Positions 1-12,420 of a DNA stretch of 64,000 bases are shown one piece after another. The stretch's first letter is position 1. Each line of letters starts with the position of its first letter. The position numbers and the translations under genes were made by a program. Under the pieces are notes generated by a model, which did no database searches, had not been told where the DNA came from, and saw only the letters and a program-made list of their open reading frames with translations. Source of the DNA: Lama glama (Eukaryota); the NCBI GenBank assembly GCA_028534125.1, contig CM052820.1, positions 3,844,001-3,908,000 on the forward strand, written 5' to 3'.

Positions 1-481
1 AGATTCCACAGAGCTTGCGGCAGCCAGATTCCCTTTCTGAGAACTCAGAAAGATTTAAGGACCCTTCCCACTAGAGAAGACTTGCGGATTAGAGATAGGA
101 ATTTGTGGGTTGGCTTTTGTCTAATGGATGACAATTTGACACAGAGGACACCCACAAGGTTTTTAAAGGAATCCTACCACTTTGGACTAAAAAGCACAGA
201 GGAGGTTCAAAACAAAAAGAGGTTCTGGGCCTTCAACCTAAGTCTAGCAGGAAGCAGGCTGAGAAAGTTACACAGCTGTGAGCTCAGACAGCTGAGCCCA
301 GGGCCAGGGAGGATGCCCCAGGAGCAGAACACAGCCTCAGTGCCTGGGGCAGGGTGGGAGCGACACGTGCCTGGTGGGTTCAGAACTGCTGTGGACCAGC
401 AAGAGCCACAGGTCTGCTGTCTCTCCTCCTTTTTGGAATAAAGTATGTGCTGCAGTTCTCCTGTGCCTGTGTCAGCACTGC

Positions 482-519
482 GTGTGTGTGTGTATGTGTG
501 TGTGTGGGCAAATGTGTGT
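482..519. repeat. Imperfect (TG)n microsatellite
   Basis: gtgtgtgtgtgtatgtgtgtgtgtg seen directly. Confidence 0.85.
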
Positions 520-714
520 AAGGTAACTCGTCTCTTGAGTATCTGGTCTTCAGATGGAAAGGATCAAATTCCAGGAGGCTCATCTACACGTGTACCTGAT
601 GTAGATGACAGTCCTGGCTTCAAGCCTGAGCCAGATGACACGAGGGGGTGAGACTCTGTGAATCTGGGGCTGGGGCGAGGGGACTTTGCATGTGGGAGGG
701 CACACAGAAGTAAC

Positions 715-1208
715 TAGTCTCCAAAGACGACTCTCAAAAAAACCCAGCTCCCTGTGTTGTCCTGGGCCCTCTGACTCCGTTTAACCAACAGAATGTAGTG
801 GAAATTATGCTATTGTTCCGGTCAAAGTTTTAAGAGGTACTGGTAGCTGCTGCTTTGCACCTTAGCATCCTTGTAAGAATCTGGACCACCCTGCTAGGAA
901 GACAGTGAGGAGGGAGCGGTCTTGAGACAACATGGCAGAGAACTGGGGTCTTGGATATACGATGGCCATTGACCTATTGGCATCAACCTCCAGCTGCAGG
1001 AGCCACATCTGCTGAGGCACCAGACATGTGAGTGAAGAAGTGATCTCGGATGCTCCGGCCCTAGAAGGCATCTTGTGGAGCAGAGATGAGCTGTCCCCCA
1101 TATCCCTGGTCCAATTCCTGACCCACAGAATCATGAGAAATAATGAAATGGTTAATGTTTTAAACCACTGTGATGTGGTTTAACTACCAGCAACAGATAA
1201 CCAGCGCA
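715..1208 (+). mobile_element. MaLR LTR remnant (MLT1G/H-like)
   Basis: Typical MLT1 motifs: ccagacatgtgagtgaaga, aattcctgacccacagaatcatgaga, 3' end cagcaacagataacc. Confidence 0.75.
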
Positions 1209-3029
1209 GCAGGATGGGCCGGGAGCAACAGGCTGTACTCATAACCGGCTGCTACGTCACCTCCCTGTTTCACTCTCCAGACCAACTTTAAAGCTTTAAC
1301 ATCTTTTACTTGTTTGCACAGTAAGAAATTTAAGGGCTCTGTGACATCTCAAATACTCCTCTTATCTTACTTGGAAATGGCAAATGTCCTAATTGCTATC
1401 ACCTAGCTGATTTACTGAGACATCAGGAAGACTGACACGAATGACCTACAACCAAAATATCAGATTCCAGGCAGGCACTGCTTGCTTTTTCGGCTCAAGG
1501 AACTTTTTCTGTAGTGGAGCAAAGAGCAGAACTGCCTTTGGTTGCATTCTCTGTATTAGTCACGTGTATTTTTTGCCGAGCCCCAAGAGGTCATTGAAAG
1601 CCAAAAGCAATGTTAAGTGTACAAGCTTTAAATAACTTACAAAGTTAATGTAATGAATGTAAGTGCTATCTGAAATCCATCACTCAGGGCTCGCTGCAGC
1701 CCCAAGCTATGATAAAACACCACTCATAAATTTATATTAAAAGTCTGCTCGATAGCAATTATTTACCAACAAAGATTTACTGACTGCACTAGAGACTGGG
1801 GGTTGTAACCAGGCAAATCTGTCTTTGTTTGGAGTTGGAGGGACCGGTGGCATTGGCGTCGGCTAGCACAGAGATCGTTGCGACACTGGGGGAACATTTA
1901 ACAGCCAGGGTCCTGCAAGGCCACGGAGCCCCAGCCAGCTGCAGGCTGCGCCGTGGAAAGATCAGAGCATCCGCAGGCACCCCCAGGAAGCACAGATCTT
2001 TGCTGTGAGGCAGCATTTCTCATCTGCTTTAACAGCCGCTGGAGATCACGCATGCATCTGACTGAAAGAAGAGGAGAGTCCGTGTGTGATTCAGCAGTGA
2101 TATAAATTGAATTATCCTTCTGCACTGGAGGGGGTGCCAAGAGCTTCCTAATCACCAAGTTGAAAAAGACAATTGTTTTTCCAGGGTTTTAATCCACCCG
2201 CACAAATTCAGAAACGTTTAGCATTTCTGCTGCTTAAAAAAAAAAGTGCATTTCGAGTCCTCCTTTGGTTCCATAAGGAACACCTGTGAATGGTTCCTCA
2301 GTGTCTTGTGATTCACATTCTTAGTACTTTTGGGTATATTCTCATGGTAACAGTCAAAGATTTCTGTGAATTTCTAAAATGTCGCAGACAGAGGCTGGCA
2401 TCTTTACCAGAGTCTGCTCACCTATCATTCAATTTTCGCATCTGCATGTAGTACTTTTGTTCGAATCAAGATGTTCCCTGTAACACATATTAGACTTGTG
2501 GTTTTCTTACGCTTAATTGACCTGAAGGAAGGAAAAAAAACTAGACAAGCGCATCTGGGTGAGTGGCAGGTGGATGGAATTTCATCATGAGAAACTGGGG
2601 AAGCACAGGGGTCGATCGTTCAGACGAGGGACAGGGACATCCTTCTCCTCGGGGCGTGGCCCCCCGCTGCGTCCCTCCTGAGATCCCCCTCTCGAGAACG
2701 AGACTTCTCTCTCTGTCCTGTTCCTGCTCTCTCATCGTGCTAGGCCGTCCCTCGCTGATAACAAACATACACTTTACCAAGAGCATGCCTAGACCCAGGG
2801 GGGAGGAAATTCGCACACTGAGGCGTCTGTTGTGGGGGGCGGGTCCGCGCGGCCCGCCCGGCCTGCCTCCATCACTTACACACGGCACCGCACTGACGCC
2901 AGCGAACCCCCCCGTCGTGAGTGCTGGATGGATAATCGAGAGTGTTGTGCGCGTTCCTGTTCTAATAGGAATCTCCACGCCAGTGCACTCTATTTAATAG
3001 GGACTGTGAGCGCCAGGAATTCTGCAGGA

Positions 3030-3224
3030 CTGGGGCTGGTCAAGTCTGGCCTGGGGGCCAAATCTGCCTCTTCCAGTAAATAAAGTTTCGTCGGAACGCA
3101 GGCATGTGCATTCTCTCAAACCCAGCACTGGGAGAGCTCAGGAGGGGCAAGAAAGAGCGTGTGACTCGCAAAACCTAAAACTCGCTACCTGGCCCTTTCA
3201 CAGAAGACAGACGCTGAGCCCGGC
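3030..3224 (+). mobile_element. MER58A-like hAT-Charlie DNA transposon
   Basis: gggccaaatctg...gtaaataaagttt...gcaaaacctaaaa...ctggcccttt follows the MER58A consensus as recalled. Confidence 0.7.
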
Positions 3225-3445
3225 TAAAGGACGTGGACCCACGCAGAAGCAGTCGGCAGCCACTGACTTGATTTAAAATTGACACATTGTTTTTTCCCCC
3301 CAAGGTCCCATCTTGTATCCTCCCCTTACTCCCTGCCATCCTGGTGAAGACCCTTTACACTTTAGCACCGAGCTGCGGGGTCCTGGGCTCTGGGCTCCCA
3401 TAACCTCAACTCAGACAAGCATCGCCTGGACCCTCAGGTAATAGT

Positions 3446-4409
3446 TGTTCTGGGCTGAATTACATCCCCCCAGACTTTTATGTTAAAGTCCTGACCCATA
3501 TATTTGGAGACAGGGCCTGTAAAGGCTTATGGGTAAGTGAGGCCTTTAGGACGGGCCCTAACGCAGTGTGACTGGAGTTCCTACAGGAAGGGATCAGGGC
3601 ACCTGCAAACACAGGGAGGATGGAGGACACGGCGATGATGGCCAACGACACGCCAAGGAGAGAGCTCAAAGGAAGGACGGCACCTTGATCTTCAACTTCC
3701 AGACTTCAAGACTTTGAGAAAATAAACGTCCATTTTTAAGCCCCCCCCAGGCTGTGGCACTGTCACCGAGGAGGACCCTACGGGGCCTTCCCAGACCGAT
3801 TGCCCCTCTCCCCAGGTCCTCCGCCTGTGTCTTTTCTGTAGAAAAACTTTAGCCTCCTAGGCCTTCCCTGAGTCTCAAAGAATAAATCTAATCAGAGAAA
3901 TTGAGAAAATGCAGAAAGAAAGAAAAACAGTCAAGCAAGACAAAATAATAACAGTTCATTAAACAAAGTCAAGGACCTTCAGCTCTTCCTCAAGGGCTAC
4001 ACACAATATTCTGAGTGTATCCCTGAGCTGCCCTGCAGACAAGGAAAGCCCCACCAGGTGGAAGAGGTTAACTCTGTGCTGCCCACCAGCACACAGACCC
4101 CAGAGCGGCTGGAGCCAGAAAGCTGATGCTGCTGACTTCTGACTCCCTCACCACCATCAGCAGAATGTCCACGAGCCGGCAACCTCCCCTCCCTCACCCT
4201 GTCCTTAAAAGCCTTTCCCTGAAAGCCATTGATGAATTTGGGTCTTTTCGGCACTAGCTGCCTGGACTCCTTGCTGGGCGTCCTGTGATCAGCACCACAC
4301 TTCCCTTCACCACATCCTGGTGGTGGCGGTGGTTCACTGCACACAGGCGAGTGGGTCCAGGTTTGGCTGGTAACAGACTTTGTTTAGAAAGTCCTGAAAG
4401 ACTAGTGCA
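3446..4409 (+). mobile_element. MLT1A-type MaLR LTR, split by a younger LTR (pieces 3446-3760 and 4376-4409)
   Basis: 5' tgttctgggctgaatt, internal atttggagacagggcct and ttgatcttcaacttccag; the 3' end resumes as tttgtttagaaagtcctgaaagactagtgca after the insertion. Confidence 0.8.
3761..4375 (+). mobile_element. Solo ERV1-class LTR (MER41-like cetartiodactyl family), 615 bp
   Basis: TG...CA termini (tgtcaccgag ... ggtaaca), TATA-like cttaaaagcc, degenerate TSD gcac/gac; interrupts the MLT1A. Confidence 0.8.
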
Positions 4410-5329
4410 ACGGTGTACAAACAGGCTGGGCAGGGAAATGGTCTCATCCACCGGCGCCCAGCACAACACGCGGCACAGGCCGGACCTCCCACGCTCGCCC
4501 CGCGGCTCTCCACTCCCCGCTCGCTCGAGTCCTGCTCTTCCTTCCCTGCGTGTCTGGTAGGCACCTCGAATCGAGCACACCCCAGCAGACACATGGTTCA
4601 CTTCCCCTCCATGGGCTGGGAGACCTCTGGGGGCCAGGTCTGCCTGACTAGCCTGCACAGTTATTTCTGAATAATTACCATTTATAGATATTCCTACTTC
4701 TAAAATATCTCCCCAAATCCAAAGTATCTCCCAATATCAAAGCAATCCATCAAAAACCTAAAACCAAAAGTTAAAAAGTGGGGCAGGAGTAACACCCCGT
4801 CACTCAATTAAAATGCCGCCGAATCAAATCCGGATGAGTGACCCACATGTTATAGGTTTAATGGGAAAAAGCAAGTGTGACAAAAATGACCAGATGATAG
4901 CCCCACCGTGGGTCAGAACAGCTTGTGGTTCTAGGTGCAGAAAATATTCTTAAGTGAAAGGAGAAAACCGGGAACGGGCATTCACGGGAGGCAAGAAAGT
5001 AACCCCAGGTCACTGGCTTCCCGGGTCCTGCACAAACGGAAACACCCCAGCAAGTTCACACACCCGGGGCTGAGACGCAACTAACAGATGGCCCAACGTG
5101 ACCAGTACCTGCGAGCGCGACCACTGCTCCACCATTTTCACTTTCCGCCTCGTTTAAAGTGTTTCCATAGAAACAGCAGGAAGCCCCCCTTCGCTGAACT
5201 CTTTTTTTTTTTTAATCGTAGTATCTGCTCCCCAGCCCTCCTCCAGAGGATCTATTATACCACAAATGGAAGCTTTGCTTCCAGCTGGTGGACGGGGTTG
5301 GGGGAGGGGGCCAAGGGACTAGGAGATGA

Positions 5330-5618
5330 TTCTGGATCTTTAAGCAGCTCCCCCGTGATCCCCCCCAACCTTCTGGTTAGTAATATTTCTGTCATTCTGC
5401 CAGGTTGTAGGGTACAAAGGGTTACACTTTAATTGAGCTGTCAGCATCTCGGGCCATCCTATAAAGCCCCGATTATGCACGGCGGGGTTAGTGACACACT
5501 TGTTATTGTGGGTGCCCTATTTGCGAAACCCAAGCCCGCACCACGCGCAGGTCAGCTCACCCGCGCGACCTTCCTGTCATTAGCCGCCTCTATTCCTACC
5601 TCACCGCTGAGAAAATCA
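5330..5618. promoter_or_regulatory. Ortholog of the HACNS1/HAR2 conserved enhancer (visible part; core 5459-5539; the rest probably lies in N-run 5619-5854)
   Basis: Reverse complement of 5459-5539 is GCGGGCTTGGGTTTCGCAAATAGGGCACCCACAATAACAAGTGTGTCACTAACCCCGCCGTGCATAATCGGGGCTTTATAG, matching the HACNS1 81-bp core as I recall it. Location in the long AGAP1 intron fits. Outer boundaries are approximate. Confidence 0.88.
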
Positions 5619-5854
5619 NNNNNNNNNNNNNNNNNNNNNNNNNNNNNNNNNNNNNNNNNNNNNNNNNNNNNNNNNNNNNNNNNNNNNNNNNNNNNNNNNN
5701 NNNNNNNNNNNNNNNNNNNNNNNNNNNNNNNNNNNNNNNNNNNNNNNNNNNNNNNNNNNNNNNNNNNNNNNNNNNNNNNNNNNNNNNNNNNNNNNNNNNN
5801 NNNNNNNNNNNNNNNNNNNNNNNNNNNNNNNNNNNNNNNNNNNNNNNNNNNNNN
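5619..5854. other. N-run, 236 bp
   Basis: Run of N. Confidence 0.99.
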
Positions 5855-6869
5855 AACGGAATAACCAGACAGAGAACAATGATGGGGAAGGGGAAAAGTT
5901 TGTTGGTTTTCTCCCTCTTTTTAAAAATCATGTTGACTCTGAGTAACACAGAGGAGATGTGGCTGCCCGTTCGGTCCAGCTGAACGACTCAGTCCCAACA
6001 AGAACCTAATGAATTCCAGACAGGGGTGACGAAAAAAAAAAATGCAGCTGCAATACACGACACTGGGGTAACGTGAAGCAACAACACAAAAGCCCCTCCT
6101 CACTGAAAGAAAAGAAACTAACAGCAACCTGGACCCGCAGCCCCTTCTTGAATTTCCTAGTTACTATTATCTCCTGATCGCCTTGTTTTCCTTCCCCCTC
6201 ACCCTGCCCCTTCCGTCACCGGGATTTCAGCAGCAGGGATGACAGGATCTGCATTTAGTGGCCACCGGGTGACACCTCTGGGGCCACCCCTGGACACTGA
6301 CCGCCGTCCAGGACCGGGGGACCATGCGGCGGACCAGAGCCGCTCCATCACCCTCCGGGCAGTCCTGTCCTCCCACCCAGACCCCCCCGGAGGCAAGGAC
6401 CACACACAAACCCATGGGCGCACATCACAAGCTAGCGATGAGCCCCACTCAGAGCCAGGGTGACTTCTACTAAAGAAAATCAGACTGACTTCAGCCACCT
6501 CCCTCGGAAGCCAGGCATCCAAGTGGGTCACAGAGCGAGGCTGGGGATGGAGGGACCCCCTTCGTGAGACGGCAGGCGTTTCCCAAAATACAAACTGCGT
6601 GACTGCACAGTGACAATGTGAATGCGGCAGAGAGGAGCTCCTGTACAAGCAACAGCAGAGCCTGCAGCTGCTTTTTTACTCAAGCAGATGACCCCTCAAC
6701 CCAGTCATCAGCACAGACATCACACACGCCGTGGCAACCGTTTGTTAAAATGCATGTGAGCGGGGTGTCTGAGCCCGGAAGCCAGATCGAACACATCAGG
6801 TAAACTGTGAGACGGTTTTTATTTCTCCGTCAGTCATCCATTAGTCTTCTGCAGGGGAGCTCCGTCTTT

Positions 6870-7757
6870 TCTCCCCTGACTAACACTTTTAAACGTGTTC
6901 TCCTTGGAGCACTCTGTTCTTGCTTCCTTCTAGCTGTCCTTCTACCTGTCCAGCGACAGCTCACACACCTGGCTGAGAGGCTGCCCCTGTGAGAGCTTGT
7001 TTCTTTGCAAGCTACACTCTGCCCCTAGGAAATCTCATGCACGGCCCTGACCAGCTCTCCCTGGCCCGCAGGTAGCTCATTCTCACCCTGTTCAGACCGA
7101 GCGTGCTCCTGTTCCCCATCACACCCACAGCGGACTTCCTCCAGCAGCACTGCCATACTGGTGACAGCTGTCGCTAAGCACAGTGTCCTCAGCCTCCAGA
7201 GCCTCAGCGCCCGCTGGGCCCAGAAGATCCCCCTCCTATTGCCACCCCTCGCCCAGGCGGCATCTCCTCATCAGCTTAAGCACCCCCAGCTCTGGACCTG
7301 CTCTGTCCAGTAGGGTCACCACAAGCCCTGTGTGACAAGTGAGGACTCCACCTGTGGTCGGTTCTGAGATTTGCTGTAGGTGGAAACCACACACCAGATT
7401 TTGAAGGCATAGTAAGGAAAAAAAGATAAGTTTTTCTATTGGTTACCTGTTGAAATGATTACTTTTGGAATAGACTTGGTTAAACAAAGTATTATTAAAT
7501 TTAATATCGCTTTTAAAAAACTCTTTCTAACACGAATACCAAGAGAAGAGTGATTGTATATGTGGTTCACATTCTGTTGTGCTCTGACCGTGCTGCCCCG
7601 ACCGTGGCCGATGCCCCCTGCCGCCGGGTGTCCACAGCACCAACTTCACCGGGGCAGGGACCACTCCCATCAGGCCCACGTTTCTTTCCTGAAAGCTGGC
7701 AAACAACAAATATTCAAAAAATGCTTGTTGAACAAATGAACAAATAACTGAATGATA
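6870..7757 (+). mobile_element. Degraded L2 LINE fragments with 3' tail, interrupted by MER33
   Basis: Pyrimidine-rich L2-like body and tail aaatgcttgttgaacaaatgaacaaataactgaatga. Confidence 0.5.
7299..7595 (+). mobile_element. MER33 hAT-Charlie DNA transposon
   Basis: ctgctctgtccag...acacaccagattttgaag...tgttgaaatgatt...ttggttaaacaaagtattattaaa...tgtggttcacatt; near full length. Confidence 0.8.
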
Positions 7758-10700
7758 TAACCATCACCATGAATGGTAAGCGGTTTCACGGAGAGAAAAT
7801 AATTGTGCAAGGTAACAGGACCAGTGAGGAGTGAAGACCAAATTTGGAACCAAATTGTCTTTAGGTTCCGATCCTTTTCCCCCCTGGGACTGCACCAAGG
7901 ACCTCGTGCAGACTAAGCTAGACCCTCCCCCACGGCCTGTCATTGGGACCATGTGCCTACGCCTTGCACGACACAGCAAAGTTGACTAGAAATAGCACAC
8001 TCGTAAAGAGATCTCATCACAGACCAAATCAATACACGTAAGTCTGCCTGCGCACATTCTAAGTGCAAACTGCTACCTTGGCATAAAGAAAACACCGCTC
8101 AGGGCCTGCCCCCGGGGTTCCTCTGTCTGTTTCGGAAGTTAAGATGCAGGCACGGGTGGAGGAAGGCCGTTCAAACCTGGACGCGAGCTTCTACTGGACA
8201 AACCAAAGGAGGGAACGATTACTCACTTTGCTCCTGGTTAAGAAGAGAAGAAGGTTGACACACACAGCCATGTGTCAGCTTTCAGCCAAGACCCAACGCA
8301 GGGGAGGTGCCTGGCGGGCGGGCTGCCCCGCCTCCACCCTCTCCAGCACCTGAGTGGAGAGCCCCAAGCTTCTCAGCACAGGCAGCCTCTGCTGTGATGG
8401 GAACCTGCACAGACAGGAACCCCCTGGCTGACCCTCATCTCCAGAAATACTCCATGTGCCGTTTTTTTTTTTTTTAATGAGCAGCACAAATGTTTCCTTC
8501 CACAACTGTCTACTATCCCCACAATGCCAATGACGACTACTAGCATTATTACGCCTACTTAATTTCTTGGAAACAGTACTATTGTGAACTGACAAGAAGA
8601 TGAGAGAGAAAGAGAGAGCTTGAGATTGTGTTTTCAGAAAAACAGAGCGAACCTAGTCAGGGCCACCTCCTGAGGCTGCATGCGCTCGGGGACAGCAGCA
8701 CGCAGCACATGCTCGTGCGCTAGTTTCCATTTCAGTCACCTATCAGGTGCTCTGTTACCAGGCCATCCGAGCGGAAGGGGGTGCTCCTGCTCTTGGTCTT
8801 TGTCTAACAGAGTGAGTTCCAACAAAGATTCCGGGCCACCCAGGAGGCAAGATGCAAAATGATTCTCTTTCTCCCAAGTGGTCCTGTTGTCTGACATCCA
8901 GGATGTCAGGTGGAACATTTCCATCAATTCCAGCATCTTCTCCATCATTTTCATTTGAGGAAATGTCAGGTTGCTGAAAATCGTGATCAAACGGCTATAT
9001 GTGCCAGATAAAGGGTCATTTACAGGATTATTCTCTTGGTAAGCAGGAGCCCGTGTACCCGCTAGACCACCAGCTGCCCACCAGGGACACCAGTGGGTCC
9101 TTCCACAGACAATCATCGGCTCATCTGTCTTAGAGTATTTGGGACCAAGGAGGGGGAAGACAGCCGTCAGCATACACACTGCCAAATCACAGGCAGGGGC
9201 TGCCCTGCTGAATGTACACAGTGTGTGTTGAGGACAGATGACAGTGACCGTGGGACAGCTTGGATGTACTTCTTTTCTACCAAACACCCTCTACAAACAT
9301 TCTCTCTGCTCCAATTGAGGGGGAAAAACAGAGACAGACTGCCGTTGTCATCAACGAGAAATGTGTTCCCTAATTATGGAGTAAAAATCAAGGGCCACCA
9401 ATCACACCTCATGAGTATAAAAGCTCTGTCTAAAATTCTCAGCAGCTGTCCAAAATGTGCTTACAGAAATGTCCACGTTAAAAGGAAAAGACTATACCTT
9501 ATTTTCACTCCAAAGTCCTCAAATACCAAAATTTAAAATATCAAAGGATGGTGTTCACCAAATCCTGATTCATCACATTCAGAAAAAAAAAAAAAAGACT
9601 CCAGTGATGTCGCTCTAGAAGTTGACTGTTAATCAGGACAATTTAATGATGAAACACTGCGAATACGGTGTCAGCAAGTTAAAAATGGCCTTGTTGTTTC
9701 AATACAAGAATCAGTTAGTATATACTATATATAAAGTATTGCATTTCATGCCCCATTTACTGTAACATATTAGTGGGTTCAATCATCAAGTAACAACTGT
9801 TTCCTTGCCGGGTTCAGATTCTGGGGTGGGGTGGGGAGTCTGCAGTGGGAGAACAGCCGTGGGGGTCCAGGGGGGCATACGCACGTATAGAGATTCGGAC
9901 CTGCTCCTTTTATGGACCCATCAACAATATTAAATAATTGCACATCTAGAGTCCAGCAAGTAAGACAGTCTTAGAGAATGCTTATTTTTTTAATGCAAAC
10001 GACTGAGACGTTATCAAACATGTTCTTCTTCATTTAATTATTCAAGATTACTCAGAAGGAAGACGAGACAGCAGAGCCTTCTTGCAATTATCGGATTGAT
10101 TCACTTCACTATCAAAATGTCAGAAATATTTATTAGGAAAAACAGACTACAAAAACTACCACCTCTCTGCAAAGCAAAACGCTGTACAATCTTTATGAAC
10201 CATTTGCAATCCTTGGTCACTTTTTTTTAAAAAAAAATCCCAAACTGAGAATAAGACGGGATATTTCACTTGTTGAATGTCTCTCTGATTTAACGCTGTC
10301 CTAGATACCACCCTGTTTATCTAGGATATGAGACTGGAAGGTATGGGGAGGCAGTGGTGACTGGAAATTGATGCGATTAGAAAGAGCTCGCTCTTATATT
10401 GAATCCATAAATGGTCTCCTGGAAGAAAAAACAAGGAACAACCACCCCTGGTTTCAGGTTGGTTAAGAGGTTGAAGGCTGAGCCTTCACAGAATGACTTC
10501 CAACAGAGCACAAAACTGTATTTCTCTTTTTGCCTTGGGTGCCAGGATGCTCAGAAATAGTCATGCTTTACTGAGTGTAGGTTTTCTGGTAAATTGCCTT
10601 TTCCTTTATTGCCTGGCAATTAACTTTTTATTGTTTTCATGAATGTCTGGGTTTCTTTTAGCATAAGATGAAGTTGAAAGAAGAAGAAAAACAGTTGAGA

Positions 10701-11308
10701 GGAAGGTTTAGCCTCAAAACTCAGGGCATAAGAAAGCAATTAAGAGACTGGTTTGGGAGGGGAAGGGAGCCCATGTGGTTGCTGATCCCAGTCTGGTTCC
10801 TCCTGGAGCGGTTCCCAGGGCAGCCGCACCACCTCTGCCCAGTGGTGGACGCATCAGCTCGCAGGTGTCGGACCTGAGCTGCCCTTGAATCTGTTTGTTA
10901 CTTCTTGCTGCCAAAAGAGGCACCACGCCAGGGTAGAGGCAATTCGGTCTTTGAAGTCCTTACAGCGCTGCGAGGGGCAGGCTCTTCAGACAATAGTTCA
11001 GAACTTGTTCAGCAAAGCTTGATTTTTTTTTTCCTTCAAAGGTTGAAATTTGTTCTACAGATAAAAGTAATGCCTTCAGGGAAAATAACTGTAAGGCATT
11101 CCTGACGAATTCAAGTCCATCTGAGCATCAAGCTACTAATGTGCCAAGGTACAGTCAGCTAAGAAAATACAGTTTAAAAAGCGAAACCAGAACTTAGGGG
11201 GAAAAAAAAAACTGCTCAGAAAAAATAAGGTCTGATGCTACTTGTTTTTACTTAAAAGGTGGTAGACCCAAGAACGTACACATTTATTGAGGTAACATAT
11301 TTCCATTT

Positions 11309-11460
11309 GTTTTCAAATTTTTTTTTTAGTTTTTTTTGGGGGGGGGTGGGCAGTGGGAGGTAATTATGTTTACTTATTTTTAGAGGAGGTACCGGGGTAT
11401 TGAACCCAGGACCTCATGCATGCTAAGCACGTGCTCTACCACTTGAGCGCTACCCTCTGC
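11309..11460 (-). mobile_element. Camelid tRNA-derived SINE (vic-1 type)
   Basis: Reverse complement reads GGGTAGCGCTCAAGTGGTAGAGCACGTGCTTAGCATGCATGAGGTCCTGGGTTCAA...TAATTACCTCCC plus A-tail; 15-bp TSD aacatatt(t/c)ccattt at 11294-11308 and 11461-11475. Confidence 0.92.
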
Positions 11461-12420
11461 AACATATTCCCATTTTGAAAGAAGCGGGAAGGAAAAAGAG
11501 AGGGTTGGAGATCTTAGGATGCAGGCTCTAACAGGGCAATACCAGCTTTTCCTCTCCGAGAACAGAGAAAGGGTCTCTGCCTTGGCCAATCATTCCTCCA
11601 ATTTAACTTCTAAAACTTCTCATGGGTGGAGAGGGAGTTAATAAAAGAAACAATATGTATAACAAAATGCAAGGTGCCCAGAGTACGGCTAATGGAATTT
11701 GATGCTGGCTTTAATTTTAATGAAGAAAGTTGCCAGTAGCAACAGAACTGTCAGCCGCCGCTGAGCGCCATTAATAAAGACGGAGAGGCATCAGAGCCCG
11801 GCATCAGTACAAAAGGTTCCCCTCGCTCCATGCTGTGCTAAATTGGCTGCCCAATTTTTCTTAAGTGTCCATTCTATTTAGAAGACAATTTATTAATTTT
11901 TGCCATTTATTGTCAGTTGACAGGCCATCATTTTGGAGCCCGAATTTTAGATGAAAACTAATTGAAAAGACTGGCAGTATTTATGAGGGGTATTATTTGT
12001 CAATTACAGCACAAATACTCCTTGCTACCACCGACTCGGACGCCCCTGCTCCTCGGGTGTGAGGACTGGTACTGCTGGCATTAAAATATGAGTAAGTCTC
12101 TCCCAGCTCATCAGCTCATCAATTTCAGAGGCATGAGGGGAAACCACCTTCACGTTAGAGGGACCTTTCATGGTGGATGGATACGCTGTAACTTTTGACA
12201 AAGGGGAAGAACACATCAAGTAATTGTGCACACAAAGTATAATTCACTGTGAAATAATTCATATTCATTACTTCCTATCATCTCTGGAGAAGAGTCATAG
12301 TAACTACTTAAACGGTCTGCTTTTATAATTTTATACAGTTTTAAAATAATTTCCCCAAAACTGCTATATTTTAAACAAATTCAAGTAGATGTATATGCCC
12401 TGTCTGTCAATTTTCCAATT

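Noticed and set aside
11380-11460. tRNA-like genes (also 43031-43105 and 44495-44570)
   Set aside because: The tRNA-like heads continue into SINE body and tail (with TSDs in two cases) and have decayed stems; these are SINEs.
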